Shown here: in pieces, positions 39,813 to 47,897 of the stretch
Layout: each line of letters opens with the position of its first letter
Numbering within the stretch: the stretch's first letter is position 1
Source of the DNA: Minisyncoccota bacterium
GTDB lineage: Bacteria; Patescibacteriota; Minisyncoccia; Phycocordibacterales; WO2-35-19
NCBI GenBank assembly: GCA_036517255.1
Contig: DATDXE010000004.1
Location: 30,543 to 94,542, forward strand
DNA length: 64,000 bases
Reading direction: 5' to 3'
Program-made: the position numbers and the translations under genes
Notes under the pieces: model-generated
Seen by the model: the letters and a program-made list of their open reading frames with translations, nothing else
Told to the model about the DNA's origin: nothing
Databases searched by the model: none

Positions 39813-40526
39813 TTGTTGTATAATTTGGGGGTGATTATAGGATCGAATTTTTTATGGGCGTTTGTGGGAGGTTTGTTACCGGCAATTTTTTGGCTGTGGT
39901 TTTGGCTGCATGAGGACAAAAAACATCCCGAACCAAAACTACGCATTATCCTTTCTTTTGGATTCGGCATGCTCGCCGTCCTCCTCGTGTTACCGGTAGA
40001 ACGCTTCTTTTATAATATATTCGGAAACGAAATCCACATATGGACTCTGCTCGCATGGGCCGCAGCCGAAGAAGTGATGAAAATAGTAGCGGCTTACTTC
40101 GCTGCTTTCCGTAGCAGAGTAGCCGACGAGCCAGTCGACTTTCTTATATATATGGTGTCGACTGCCTTAGGCTTCTCAGCTCTGGAAAATTCCCTCTTTC
40201 TTTTCAATATGATAGGCGAAGGTTTCGTTACTCAAGGAATCATAAGTGGCAATATGCGCTTCCTAGGAGCAACATTGCTTCACACCGTCACTTCAGCGAC
40301 CATAGGTACTTTTATAGCACTGGCTTTCTATAAAAATAAAGAGGTTAAAAAAATGTCGCTCGCCATAGGCATCATGCTCGCTATCGCATTGCACACCTTG
40401 TTCAATTTTTTTATAATTGAGATGGGAGAAAGAGTGTTCTTCGTTTTTACTGGTGTATGGGTAGCCATCATACTTATGATTTTAATGTTTGAGAAGGTAA
40501 AAAGTGTAAAACCAGGATCGGTCTAA
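39813..40526 (+). CDS. PrsW-family intramembrane metalloprotease
   Basis: AAAEEVMK (EExxK), FSALENSLF (FxxxE), LLHTVTSA (H) motifs on 6-7 TM scaffold; TTG start at 39813. Confidence 0.6.
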   Translation: MLYNLGVIIGSNFLWAFVGGLLPAIFWLWFWLHEDKKHPEPKLRIILSFGFGMLAVLLVLPVERFFYNIFGNEIHIWTLLAWAAAEEVMKIVAAYFAAFRSRVADEPVDFLIYMVSTALGFSALENSLFLFNMIGEGFVTQGIISGNMRFLGATLLHTVTSATIGTFIALAFYKNKEVKKMSLAIGIMLAIALHTLFNFFIIEMGERVFFVFTGVWVAIILMILMFEKVKSVKPGSV

Positions 40527-40577
40527 AATACATGTGCTATAATGTTTGTATAAATTTATTATTAACTTTCTAATCGG

Positions 40578-41033
40578 ATGGCAAAAGATAATCGTTCATT
40601 CTTCGAAAAAATAACTGGAGCAGTGAGGATAGAGGAAGAACAAGAAGAAGCTCTGGAAGCACCTGTAAAATCGGCTGGTATATGGAGTGAGGAAAGCCCA
40701 GATGAAGGTGAGCTTTCGGTTGACGTATATCAAACTCCAAACGAGATAATAGTGAAGACAATGGTAGCAGGAGTAAAACCTGAAGATTTGGATGTATCAA
40801 TAACTCGCGAAATGGTGACAGTAAAAGGCAGGAGAGAAGAGGAGCGTACCATAAGTGAGGGTGATTATTTTCATAAAGAATTGTATTGGGGCTCTTTCTC
40901 TCGCTCAGTAGTACTACCTCAAGAAATCGACGTCGACTCAGCGGAAGCGGTGGAGAAACATGGTTTGCTTATACTTAAATTACCCAAGCTCAATAAAAAT
41001 AGGCAAACTAAAGTAAGAGTAAAAGGAAGTTAA
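40578..41033 (+). CDS. Hsp20/alpha-crystallin family small heat-shock protein
   Basis: alpha-crystallin domain (VDVYQTPNEIIVKTMVAGVKPEDLDVSI..GSFSRSVVLP), C-terminal I-x-I-like LKL. Confidence 0.85.
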   Translation: MAKDNRSFFEKITGAVRIEEEQEEALEAPVKSAGIWSEESPDEGELSVDVYQTPNEIIVKTMVAGVKPEDLDVSITREMVTVKGRREEERTISEGDYFHKELYWGSFSRSVVLPQEIDVDSAEAVEKHGLLILKLPKLNKNRQTKVRVKGS

Positions 41034-41048
41034 CCAAGTAACCAATAA

Positions 41049-41065
41049 CCAAGGGGGACCCTTGG
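41049..41065. terminator. CCAAGGGGGACCCTTGG hairpin between convergent genes
   Basis: same palindrome family as 26107 and 29040. Confidence 0.5.
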
Positions 41066-41305
41066 TTATGCGGGAATACCCAGTAAGCTAGCTACCTTTT
41101 CTTTCTGAAAACCGATAATTATATCGTTATCGATTTGAATGACAGGTACGCCAAGCTGACCACTTTTTTGGACCATATCTTTACGAGCCTCAATATCACT
41201 CGCTACATCTATATTTTCAAACGGGATATTGCTCGCAGTAAGGAACTCCTTGGCCATAGCGCAAAAATGGCAGGTCGGAGTGGAATATATTTTTACGGTT
41301 TTCAT
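41066..41305 (-). CDS. glutaredoxin-like protein
   Basis: 79 aa; CHFC active site, GVPVIQI cis-Pro region. Confidence 0.7.
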   Translation of the reverse strand: MKTVKIYSTPTCHFCAMAKEFLTASNIPFENIDVASDIEARKDMVQKSGQLGVPVIQIDNDIIIGFQKEKVASLLGIPA

Positions 41306-41372
41306 CGCTTTTATTTAAAATTTGTAAGAAAAGCTATTATACCATTTTTTCATATTATGCTATATTGTTCTT

Positions 41373-41609
41373 ATGGAACCAGAAGACAGAGATCTTTTAA
41401 GAAGGACATTTGAATTGAGCCAGAAAAATAGTAAGATTCTGGAGTCGATAAAAAAAAGCATGTTCTGGGGCAGAGTGATGCGTTATGTCTACTGGGCCAT
41501 ATTGCTCGGCGCCGCTGTGGGAGCATATTATTTTATCGAACCATATGTTGATCAAATGCTCGAGGTATATGGAGGAGTCAAGGGGAGTATAAATAATTTA
41601 TTTCAGTAA
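41373..41609 (+). CDS. hypothetical small membrane protein
   Basis: 78 aa, one TM (VYWAILLGAAVGAYYFI). Confidence 0.4.
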   Translation: MEPEDRDLLRRTFELSQKNSKILESIKKSMFWGRVMRYVYWAILLGAAVGAYYFIEPYVDQMLEVYGGVKGSINNLFQ

Positions 41610-41613
41610 AATT

Positions 41614-41686
41614 GCTGGGATAGCTCAGTTGGTAGAGCATTCCCCTGAAGAGGGAAGGGTCGCCGGTTCGACCCCGGCTCCCAGCA
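41614..41686 (+). tRNA. tRNA-Phe(GAA)
   Basis: GCTGGGA-TA-GCTC-AGTTGGTA-GAGC-A-TTCCC-CTGAAGA-GGGAA-GGGTC-GCCGG-TTCGACC-CCGGC-TCCCAGC-A. Confidence 0.9.
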
Positions 41687-41706
41687 CACAATTAAATATT
41701 GGAAAT

Positions 41707-41779
41707 CCGCTCATAGCTCAGCTGGTAGAGCAGCTCCCTCTTAAGGAGACGGTCCCAGGTTCGATTCCTGGTGAGCGGA
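41707..41779 (+). tRNA. tRNA-Lys(CUU)
   Basis: CCGCTCA-TA-GCTC-AGCTGGTA-GAGC-A-GCTCC-CTCTTAA-GGAGA-CGGTC-CCAGG-TTCGATT-CCTGG-TGAGCGG-A; C1:G72, one mismatch in anticodon stem. Confidence 0.8.
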
Positions 41780-41790
41780 CTGCGGATATT

Positions 41791-41871
41791 GGGCAGGTGG
41801 TGAAATGGTATACACGCCAGTTTTAGGAACTGGTGCCGCAAGGCATGGAGGTTCAAGTCCTCTCCTGCCCA
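41791..41871 (+). tRNA. tRNA-Leu(UAG)
   Basis: GGGCAGG..CCAGT-TTTAGGA-ACTGG, long variable arm TGCCGCAAGGCAT, GGAGG-TTCAAGT-CCTCT-CCTGCCC-A. Confidence 0.85.
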
Positions 41872-41911
41872 CAAAAGTTTGAAAAATAATCCGCATTTGG
41901 TATAATGTCAC

Positions 41912-42275
41912 AGGTTTTCATTCCAAACGATAGCTCTGCATTTTATATGCGGAGAGGAAAGTCCGAACACTCACTCTTTTACTAGAGAAGAGTAGCGGGT
42001 AACGCCCGTCGTCCGCGAGGATAGAGATGCGAACAGAGACGAGTCTCCAAAGTAGCTTGCATCGCAAGGTACAAAAAAAGGAGAGTGAAACGGCAAAATT
42101 CTTACTTGAGTGCAAGGCCGTACACGAAATTTTATAGTCCCCGCCTCACGGCGGATCGTTAAAATTTCGTGAGTGCCGCTTGAGTCCTTGAGTAATCAAG
42201 GGCCTAGATAAATTATCGTTACGCTTACCAACGAGGTAGGTGGAACAGAATTCGGCTTATAAGAATGAAAATGAG
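41912..42275 (+). ncRNA. rnpB: RNase P RNA (bacterial type A, reduced)
   Basis: GGAAAGTCCGAACAC (CR-I/P4 5' strand) and ACAGAATTCGGCTTA (CR-V/P4 3' strand) with compensatory CGAAC/UUCGG change relative to E. coli CGGGC/CCCGG; GAGTGAAACGGC (CR-II-like); P1 GGUUUUCAUUC/GAAUGAAAAU; TGgTATAAT promoter at 41899-41906. Confidence 0.8.
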
Positions 42276-42284
42276 TACCTTAGT

Positions 42285-42320
42285 GCGAAAGCCGCCCTCA
42301 CGGGCGGCTTTCGCTTGACT
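42285..42320 (+). terminator. rho-independent terminator after rnpB
   Basis: GCGAAAGCCGCCC-tcac-GGGCGGCTTTCGC (13-bp stem) then TTGACTTTTAT. Confidence 0.7.
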
Positions 42321-42344
42321 TTTATATATAAAATGTGATATAAT
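42315..42344 (+). promoter_or_regulatory. sigma70-like promoter TTGACT-18-TATAAT upstream of G+C-rich gene 42419
   Basis: consensus hexamers; AAGGAG RBS at 42403-42408. Confidence 0.45.
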
Positions 42345-42418
42345 ACACCCAGAGACTTCTGTCTCGACAGATCGAAACAGAGAAAGTTCACCACAACAGA
42401 ATAAGGAGAATTAAGACA

Positions 42419-43594
42419 ATGCCTGCTGCTACTACTGCCCAAAGTAACGATCAACGGACGGCCTCCTCACAGACGCCGCCCCAAACAACCGTAGTCGACA
42501 GTCCGAAACCAAGACCACGCTATACTCTACTCTCGACTTGCCCCACCGGCTGGCTCGCGCTAGTCGTACGTGGAGAAGACCTGATCAGGGTGCTCCACTC
42601 GGTTCCCAAACACATCGTCAATGACGATTTCGAATTCATCCCTGATGATACCACCGCCGAAGAAGGAGACGATGTATTGAGCTTGCGGAACCTCACAGGA
42701 CGCGAGTTCATTGGATTTCCGTTCCTACGCCTAACCGGCCTCCACCGGTTCAATCATCAGTGGAGCCGGTTCTGGCCGAAATTGGACGCGGATGGGGCAC
42801 CGGTATACGAGGTGCAAGCCCACGAACGGCAGACTCTGACGTTCGCGCCATTCATCTCACAGTACCCCCTGGTATTTCCTGGGGTCGAAGTGATCGGTAG
42901 CGCGGTTGCCCCAGCGGCCGACAAAGCGGCAGGAGCCGAAACGGACCCAACATCGCAGAGGCCGCTCATACCAGTCACCTTCACGTTGACAATTCGGCTG
43001 AAGATGATACGCCCTCGGATGGCGCTCATGGAAAACACAGACGCCTTGGGCAACGTGCTGATTCCAAAAATCCGCGCCTTCCTCAAAGCCTACGCGGCCC
43101 AGAGAAGTTACGATGAATTGTTCCGCAGTTCGGGACAGTTTTCAGTAGTCACGGTCACCCAGGAATTTCGGAATTACTTCTTGGCGACAGGCAACGCGCC
43201 TGGAACAATCAGGGGTGAGATACTCGATCACACTGGGTACCAGCTCGACGACATCCAAGTTGTCGACATCAAACCCCTCGGAGAATACGAGCAAACGTTG
43301 CTCAATCTGGCCAAGGCCCACGTCGACGCCCAAAAGGCATATGTCGACGCCACGGGAAAACGCCGCGCGCGAGTTGAGGAAAGCCAAGGCGAAGCTACAG
43401 CAATAACCAACGTAGCTGCTGCCGATGCTCTTCGTATTCAGCAAACAATCATCGCGGCTGCAGGCGGTGCTGGACCAAATGCAATCGCGGCTCTGATCTG
43501 GGACATGATCAGGCAGTCGAATCTCACAACCTTGGGAGGTCAAGGACTCGGCATCATTGTCGATCCGAACAGCGGACGGCCAATGAATCCGTAA
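42419..43594 (+). CDS. SPFH/band-7-like domain protein lacking an N-terminal TM (G+C-rich cassette)
   Basis: 391 aa; C-terminal region GYQLDDIQVVDIKPLGEYEQTLLNLAKAHVDAQKAYVDATGKRRARVEESQGEATAI...NAIAALIWDMIRQ resembles SPFH domain end plus Ala/Glu-rich coiled coil of HflK/C-flotillin proteins. Confidence 0.45.
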   Translation: MPAATTAQSNDQRTASSQTPPQTTVVDSPKPRPRYTLLSTCPTGWLALVVRGEDLIRVLHSVPKHIVNDDFEFIPDDTTAEEGDDVLSLRNLTGREFIGFPFLRLTGLHRFNHQWSRFWPKLDADGAPVYEVQAHERQTLTFAPFISQYPLVFPGVEVIGSAVAPAADKAAGAETDPTSQRPLIPVTFTLTIRLKMIRPRMALMENTDALGNVLIPKIRAFLKAYAAQRSYDELFRSSGQFSVVTVTQEFRNYFLATGNAPGTIRGEILDHTGYQLDDIQVVDIKPLGEYEQTLLNLAKAHVDAQKAYVDATGKRRARVEESQGEATAITNVAAADALRIQQTIIAAAGGAGPNAIAALIWDMIRQSNLTTLGGQGLGIIVDPNSGRPMNP

Positions 43595-43626
43595 AGGTTA
43601 CAAAAGTCTGGAATCTCCTTATTCTT

Positions 43627-43676
43627 CAACCCCCTTTTGGAAAGCCGCAAGGCCGACCAGAGGGGGTTGCTTTTTT
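43627..43676 (+). terminator. rho-independent terminator
   Basis: CAACCCCC...GGGGGTTG stem then CTTTTTT. Confidence 0.6.
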
Positions 43677-43750
43677 ATATTAAGTATGCTATAATTGAAG
43701 ACAGAAGTGCGGCACAGGAGTGCCATTGAAAATCTTATACGGAGACGAAA

Positions 43751-45145
43751 ATGACGCCTATTGGAAACAGCAGCAATAGCAACCATGCCCCACAACGCGG
43801 AGAGGGGTTCACATACGGTCGAGGGACACCAAACCCCGCCCAAACCAATAACGAAGAGTGGTGGAAGAGATTCCGAGATATGTTTCGAAGGGCAACCTTC
43901 TGGGGCAAGATCGGACTGCTCTTCCAGCTTTTCCGAGCCTTTCGGGCTTGGGTAAAGAAGGAATGGTGGGGCATCGCCCTCGACACGGCGGTGGTAACAA
44001 CCATCCTGATTCTTGCTATGGGTTTAGCGACCCTCGGCATAAAGGACGGGAGTTCGGCGTTCACAACGGTAGCCATAAAGGGAGTCCTCATCGCGCTTGG
44101 CGCAGGAGCAGTGCTCTTCGGGGTATTACTCTTCCGCCGGCACCTCAAGTGGTGGCACCTTGGAATCGTGGCGACAATCATCGTCATGATTTTCTTCCTG
44201 CCATTCCACAGGATCGCACTCTGGATCCTCCATCCGATCCCCATGATATGGATCGTCGCAAGCCTCATGGCAATCGGCATTCACTTCTTCGGACCGGAAA
44301 AAGGTCTGCAGTGGAAGTGGAGAAAAAAATTGAAGCATCTTCCTAAGTGGAGGCTGAGGTTGCTGCCATTCGCGGCAGCAATCATTGCGACCATCGTGTA
44401 CCTCGCATTTAGCAACTTCGCCTTATCGGATTTGGGGTTGTTAGTACTGGTCGTGGTGGGGTTGGTAGTTCTCATCGTTATCGCAAGGACAATCGTAAAG
44501 AAAGATGAGAAAAACAAGGTCTGGCCCATCGCGGGCAAGATCGTGCTGATGCTCGTCGGGCTCGTGGTGTTCAACTACATCGCGCTCGCGACCTGGTCAT
44601 GGTGGAGGGTCCTCCGTCAGTACGAGGAGGTCTTCTGGGGAGTAAACGCCGCTCTGTTTGTGGCAATGCTCCTCACCCTGGTTACCACCGGGAAGGACGA
44701 CAACAAGAAAACCCATCCGCTTGCGATCACGGGCATCAAGGTGTTCATGTTCCTTGCGATAGTGGGGTTTGCGTCGGCTCTATACAACTTCGCCGTGGCG
44801 CACAGCCTCGACGAAGAAAAGAAAGTCGCCATGAACTCAACCAAGCTCGTGACGGCCCCTCCTAAGGGAGAAAACGATGATTGGAGCGATCCAATCAAAG
44901 TTCCAAAAGGAGTGAGCCTACGATTCCAAGCCAAAGACGGGGAGAACTATTACTCCGTCAAAAATGAGAAAGGGGAAGAGAAGCAGTACAACCCGCAAGG
45001 GCAAAGCTGTTTCGACACCGCAGGCACCGCAATGCTAGACGCGGAGCAGTGCCTCGGCGACTCAGAGATCATCTGGTTCCAGTCAGGGACCGACGAATCG
45101 AAGGAGATGATCGTAGAGTTCCTACCTTACGTCTCCAGAGAGTAG
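43751..45145 (+). CDS. polytopic membrane protein (about 10 TM) with ~100 aa C-terminal soluble domain (G+C-rich cassette)
   Basis: TGcTATAAT extended -10 at 43687-43695, GGAGA RBS; Trp/Arg-rich N-terminus then repeated hydrophobic helices; C-terminal domain with two Cys. Confidence 0.5.
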   Translation: MTPIGNSSNSNHAPQRGEGFTYGRGTPNPAQTNNEEWWKRFRDMFRRATFWGKIGLLFQLFRAFRAWVKKEWWGIALDTAVVTTILILAMGLATLGIKDGSSAFTTVAIKGVLIALGAGAVLFGVLLFRRHLKWWHLGIVATIIVMIFFLPFHRIALWILHPIPMIWIVASLMAIGIHFFGPEKGLQWKWRKKLKHLPKWRLRLLPFAAAIIATIVYLAFSNFALSDLGLLVLVVVGLVVLIVIARTIVKKDEKNKVWPIAGKIVLMLVGLVVFNYIALATWSWWRVLRQYEEVFWGVNAALFVAMLLTLVTTGKDDNKKTHPLAITGIKVFMFLAIVGFASALYNFAVAHSLDEEKKVAMNSTKLVTAPPKGENDDWSDPIKVPKGVSLRFQAKDGENYYSVKNEKGEEKQYNPQGQSCFDTAGTAMLDAEQCLGDSEIIWFQSGTDESKEMIVEFLPYVSRE

Positions 45146-45172
45146 TATTTCCCTCCGTATAAGAAAAAAAAC

Positions 45173-45208
45173 CTGCCCCCTCAAAGTTTAGAGGGGGCAG
45201 ATTTGTTT
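45173..45208 (+). terminator. rho-independent terminator
   Basis: CTGCCCCCTC-aaagttta-GAGGGGGCAG then ATTTGTTTAT. Confidence 0.65.
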
Positions 45209-45244
45209 ATCTATTATTCAGAATGTTCAGTCAGGATGAATACA

Positions 45245-45517
45245 CTATCTCGGAATGATACCCCCAGTTTGGTTTGGAATACCGAAAGTATTGAGAACGA
45301 AGTTTACGATGCCGTAGACGCTGAACATGATGAACATGCCGACTATACCATAAACGATACTCTTCTTGCCCTCTTCCCTTTTAGTATCATCGTCAGATGA
45401 AGCGATGAATTTGGCCACTCCGAAGAAGAATACGGCGGTCGCCACCACAAACCCGAGTATAATAACAGGGTTCAGGATAAACTCATTTATCTTGGCGAGG
45501 AACTGGCCGACTGTCAT
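45245..45517 (-). CDS. small two-TM protein, paralog 1 of tandem family (VirB2/TrbC-pilin-like topology)
   Basis: TM1-short K/E loop-TM2; shares layout with six upstream paralogs. Confidence 0.5.
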   Translation of the reverse strand: MTVGQFLAKINEFILNPVIILGFVVATAVFFFGVAKFIASSDDDTKREEGKKSIVYGIVGMFIMFSVYGIVNFVLNTFGIPNQTGGIIPR

Positions 45518-45523
45518 CTAACT

Positions 45524-45880
45524 TTATCTAGGGATAAGTGGACCGACCTGAGGACCAGCATCTTGAGTTATACCTATAGCTCTACCGAGAAATCCGACAA
45601 GGCCCCAAACTGCTGCCATAACGAAGAGAGCGACAATTCCCCATATCATTTTATTTCTTCCTTCTTCTAATTTAGCAGCGTCACCTGAAGCTAAGATGTA
45701 TTGTGCAAGACCCCAGAAGAAATAGAGCAAAGCAAGAGCGAAGACTATTGGGATGAGTAAGTTTATAATCCTACCGATCGGAGTGACTATGTTAGTTTCT
45801 ATATTTTGAAGCTGAGCGCTTGCCATAATTGGCAAGAGAAACGATACTCCTACGATTAAAGCTTTTTTCATAATTTTCAT
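45524..45880 (-). CDS. small two-TM protein, paralog 2 (signal peptide + LLIPIVFALALLYFFWGLAQYI...MIWGIVALFVMAAVWG)
   Basis: signal peptide ending ASAQ; core motif shared almost verbatim with 46002-46349. Confidence 0.55.
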   Translation of the reverse strand: MKIMKKALIVGVSFLLPIMASAQLQNIETNIVTPIGRIINLLIPIVFALALLYFFWGLAQYILASGDAAKLEEGRNKMIWGIVALFVMAAVWGLVGFLGRAIGITQDAGPQVGPLIPR

Positions 45881-46001
45881 TTAATTTTACTGAAACCTAA
45901 TAATTTATAATGACCAAATTTACGCTCTCAATTTTAGCACATATTAACTCTTTTGTAACTTAATATGTGAATAGTTGAGAGAATTGTAACTAAAGATTAA
46001 T

Positions 46002-46349
46002 CTATTGACCACCACTGCCAAATCCAGGTACAGGTATTGCGCTATTATCTGTTATCTTAAATTCCGTTTGTATAAACCTCACCAATCCCCAAACCGATGC
46101 CATCACAAATAAAGCTACTACTCCCCACACCATCTTATTCCTTCCCTCTTCCAATTTACTAGCATCACCTGATGCTAGAATATACTGGGCAAGACCCCAG
46201 AAGAAGAAAAGGAGGGCTAACGCAAAAACTATAGGAATAAGGAGGTTCACGAGAGTCGAACCTTGTCGTACGATACCAGTGGTCTGAGTAAGTTGAGCAC
46301 TTGCAAAAAGAGGTAATAAAAGAGAGAGGCTAATAAATATTTTTTTCAT
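46002..46349 (-). CDS. small two-TM protein, paralog 3
   Basis: MKKIFISLSLLLPLFASA signal; LLIPIVFALALLFFFWGLAQYILASGDASKLEEGRNKMVWGVVALFVMASVWG. Confidence 0.55.
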   Translation of the reverse strand: MKKIFISLSLLLPLFASAQLTQTTGIVRQGSTLVNLLIPIVFALALLFFFWGLAQYILASGDASKLEEGRNKMVWGVVALFVMASVWGLVRFIQTEFKITDNSAIPVPGFGSGGQ

Positions 46350-46372
46350 AATTTTGTAAGTACTTATAATAA

Positions 46373-46648
46373 TTACCTTACTTGGGGCCTTACCATACTT
46401 GTCGGCGATAGATCTATCTCGCTTCTTATAAATTTAATTATACCCCACACTGAAGTAACGACAAACAAAGCTACTACTCCCCACACCATTACTCTCTTAC
46501 CCTCTTCAACCGCTTTTTCGCTACCAGAATTTTGGATATATTTGGCCATACCCCAGAAAAAATATAGTAGGCACAAGGCAAAAGCGAGAGGAATGAGAAG
46601 ATTAGTGATGATTCCGTATGAAGCTTGGATCAATTCTTTTAAGTCCAT
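46373..46648 (-). CDS. small two-TM protein, paralog 4 (no signal peptide)
   Basis: LLIPLAFALCLLYFFWGMAKYIQNSGSEKAVEEGKRVMVWGVVALFVVTSVWG. Confidence 0.5.
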   Translation of the reverse strand: MDLKELIQASYGIITNLLIPLAFALCLLYFFWGMAKYIQNSGSEKAVEEGKRVMVWGVVALFVVTSVWGIIKFIRSEIDLSPTSMVRPQVR

Positions 46649-46658
46649 TTAATTAAAA

Positions 46659-46940
46659 TTACTGGCGTTCAGGTAACTGAGGAATGATGACTCCGCCTCC
46701 AAATTCAAATTCAGTTCGCAAGAAAGAAATTATGCCCCAGATAGTAAAGATGACGAAAAGACCGACCACTCCCCAAATCAAAATGCCTTTCTTCTTCTGC
46801 ATATCGGTATCGCTTCCGGTAGAACGGATAAAACCTGCGACACCCCAAACAAATAACAGAAATGCGATCGCCACGATAAGAGGGATGGCGGCTCCGCCTA
46901 AATCTATAAATTTATTTACTAGTTGAGTGAAATTTGTCAT
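46659..46940 (-). CDS. small two-TM protein, paralog 5
   Basis: AIPLIVAIAFLLFVWGVAGFIRSTGSD..KKKGILIWGVVGLFVIFTIWG. Confidence 0.5.
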   Translation of the reverse strand: MTNFTQLVNKFIDLGGAAIPLIVAIAFLLFVWGVAGFIRSTGSDTDMQKKKGILIWGVVGLFVIFTIWGIISFLRTEFEFGGGVIIPQLPERQ

Positions 46941-46964
46941 ATACTAGAACTGCGTTAACTTGCG

Positions 46965-47420
46965 TTAACCCCCAAGTTGGGTCACGGTACCTCTGATAAC
47001 GGTAGCCAAGACCCGAGCTCCGAGAAGTACCGCCGCTCCTATCACCGCATAAAGAATGGCTTGATGAGCAGTTTTTATTTTATCAGGCTTACCTTGAGCG
47101 GTGACGTAAAGGAAACCTGAGTAGATGATCATGACAACGACCACCGTAGCCCCTATAGGTACCACAACATCTTTTATGATGAGTTCTATCAGGGCTGGGA
47201 TATCATTGGTATTGTTTTTTAGAGGGTTTGGTATCTGTATCCTATAATTCACCTGCTGAGGTGGGTTGCCTGTACCACCCACTCCACCAGGATTGCCTGT
47301 GCCGCCAGCACCAGATTGAGCAGAAACAAATAATACAGGAAATAAAAATACTGTCGGCAAGAAGGAGTATATTAGAAATTTTTTAAAAGATGAAGAGTTC
47401 ATGCCCTGATTATACATCAT
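46965..47420 (-). CDS. small two-TM protein, paralog 6 (signal peptide + Gly/Pro-rich ectodomain)
   Basis: GAGGTGNPGGVGGTGNP then two C-terminal TM with K-containing loop. Confidence 0.45.
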   Translation of the reverse strand: MMYNQGMNSSSFKKFLIYSFLPTVFLFPVLFVSAQSGAGGTGNPGGVGGTGNPPQQVNYRIQIPNPLKNNTNDIPALIELIIKDVVVPIGATVVVVMIIYSGFLYVTAQGKPDKIKTAHQAILYAVIGAAVLLGARVLATVIRGTVTQLGG

Positions 47421-47435
47421 AGTTACTTGCTACAA

Positions 47436-47882
47436 CTACCTGTTGTTTAGTTCTATAAATTGGTCGCCATATCCATCCTCTAGGAATACATTGACGATGG
47501 TCCTCACTATGAGCCACGCAGAGAGAATGATAATAAAGCCGAGCAAAACTTTGCCCAACATTTTTTTTGCTTCCGACTTTTTATCCACTACAGCCGTAGT
47601 CATCAGGATGAAGCCGGCCCAGGAGAAGGTAATGACGGAAATTGGAAAGGAAATAATAACAAGCCAATTGAGTAAATTTTGAACTAAATAGAGCAGGTCG
47701 TCGAAATTACACTCCTCATCTTTCCCAGAAACTATGCCGTCACCATCATTATCAAAACCGCACGGTATGAATCGGCCCGTATCCCCTTCTTCCCCTTGAG
47801 CCAGAACACCAAGAGGAATACAAAAAGTACCAACGAGCATAATCAGTAATATAATTTTTGTAAAATTTCTAATTTTTCGCAT
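47436..47882 (-). CDS. small two-TM protein, paralog 7 (signal peptide + Cys/Asp-rich ectodomain)
   Basis: CGFDNDGDGIVSGKDEEC (DxDxDG-like) then TM1-KKSEAKK loop-TM2. Confidence 0.45.
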   Translation of the reverse strand: MRKIRNFTKIILLIMLVGTFCIPLGVLAQGEEGDTGRFIPCGFDNDGDGIVSGKDEECNFDDLLYLVQNLLNWLVIISFPISVITFSWAGFILMTTAVVDKKSEAKKMLGKVLLGFIIILSAWLIVRTIVNVFLEDGYGDQFIELNNR

Positions 47883-47897
47883 GATTTTCGTATCAGA

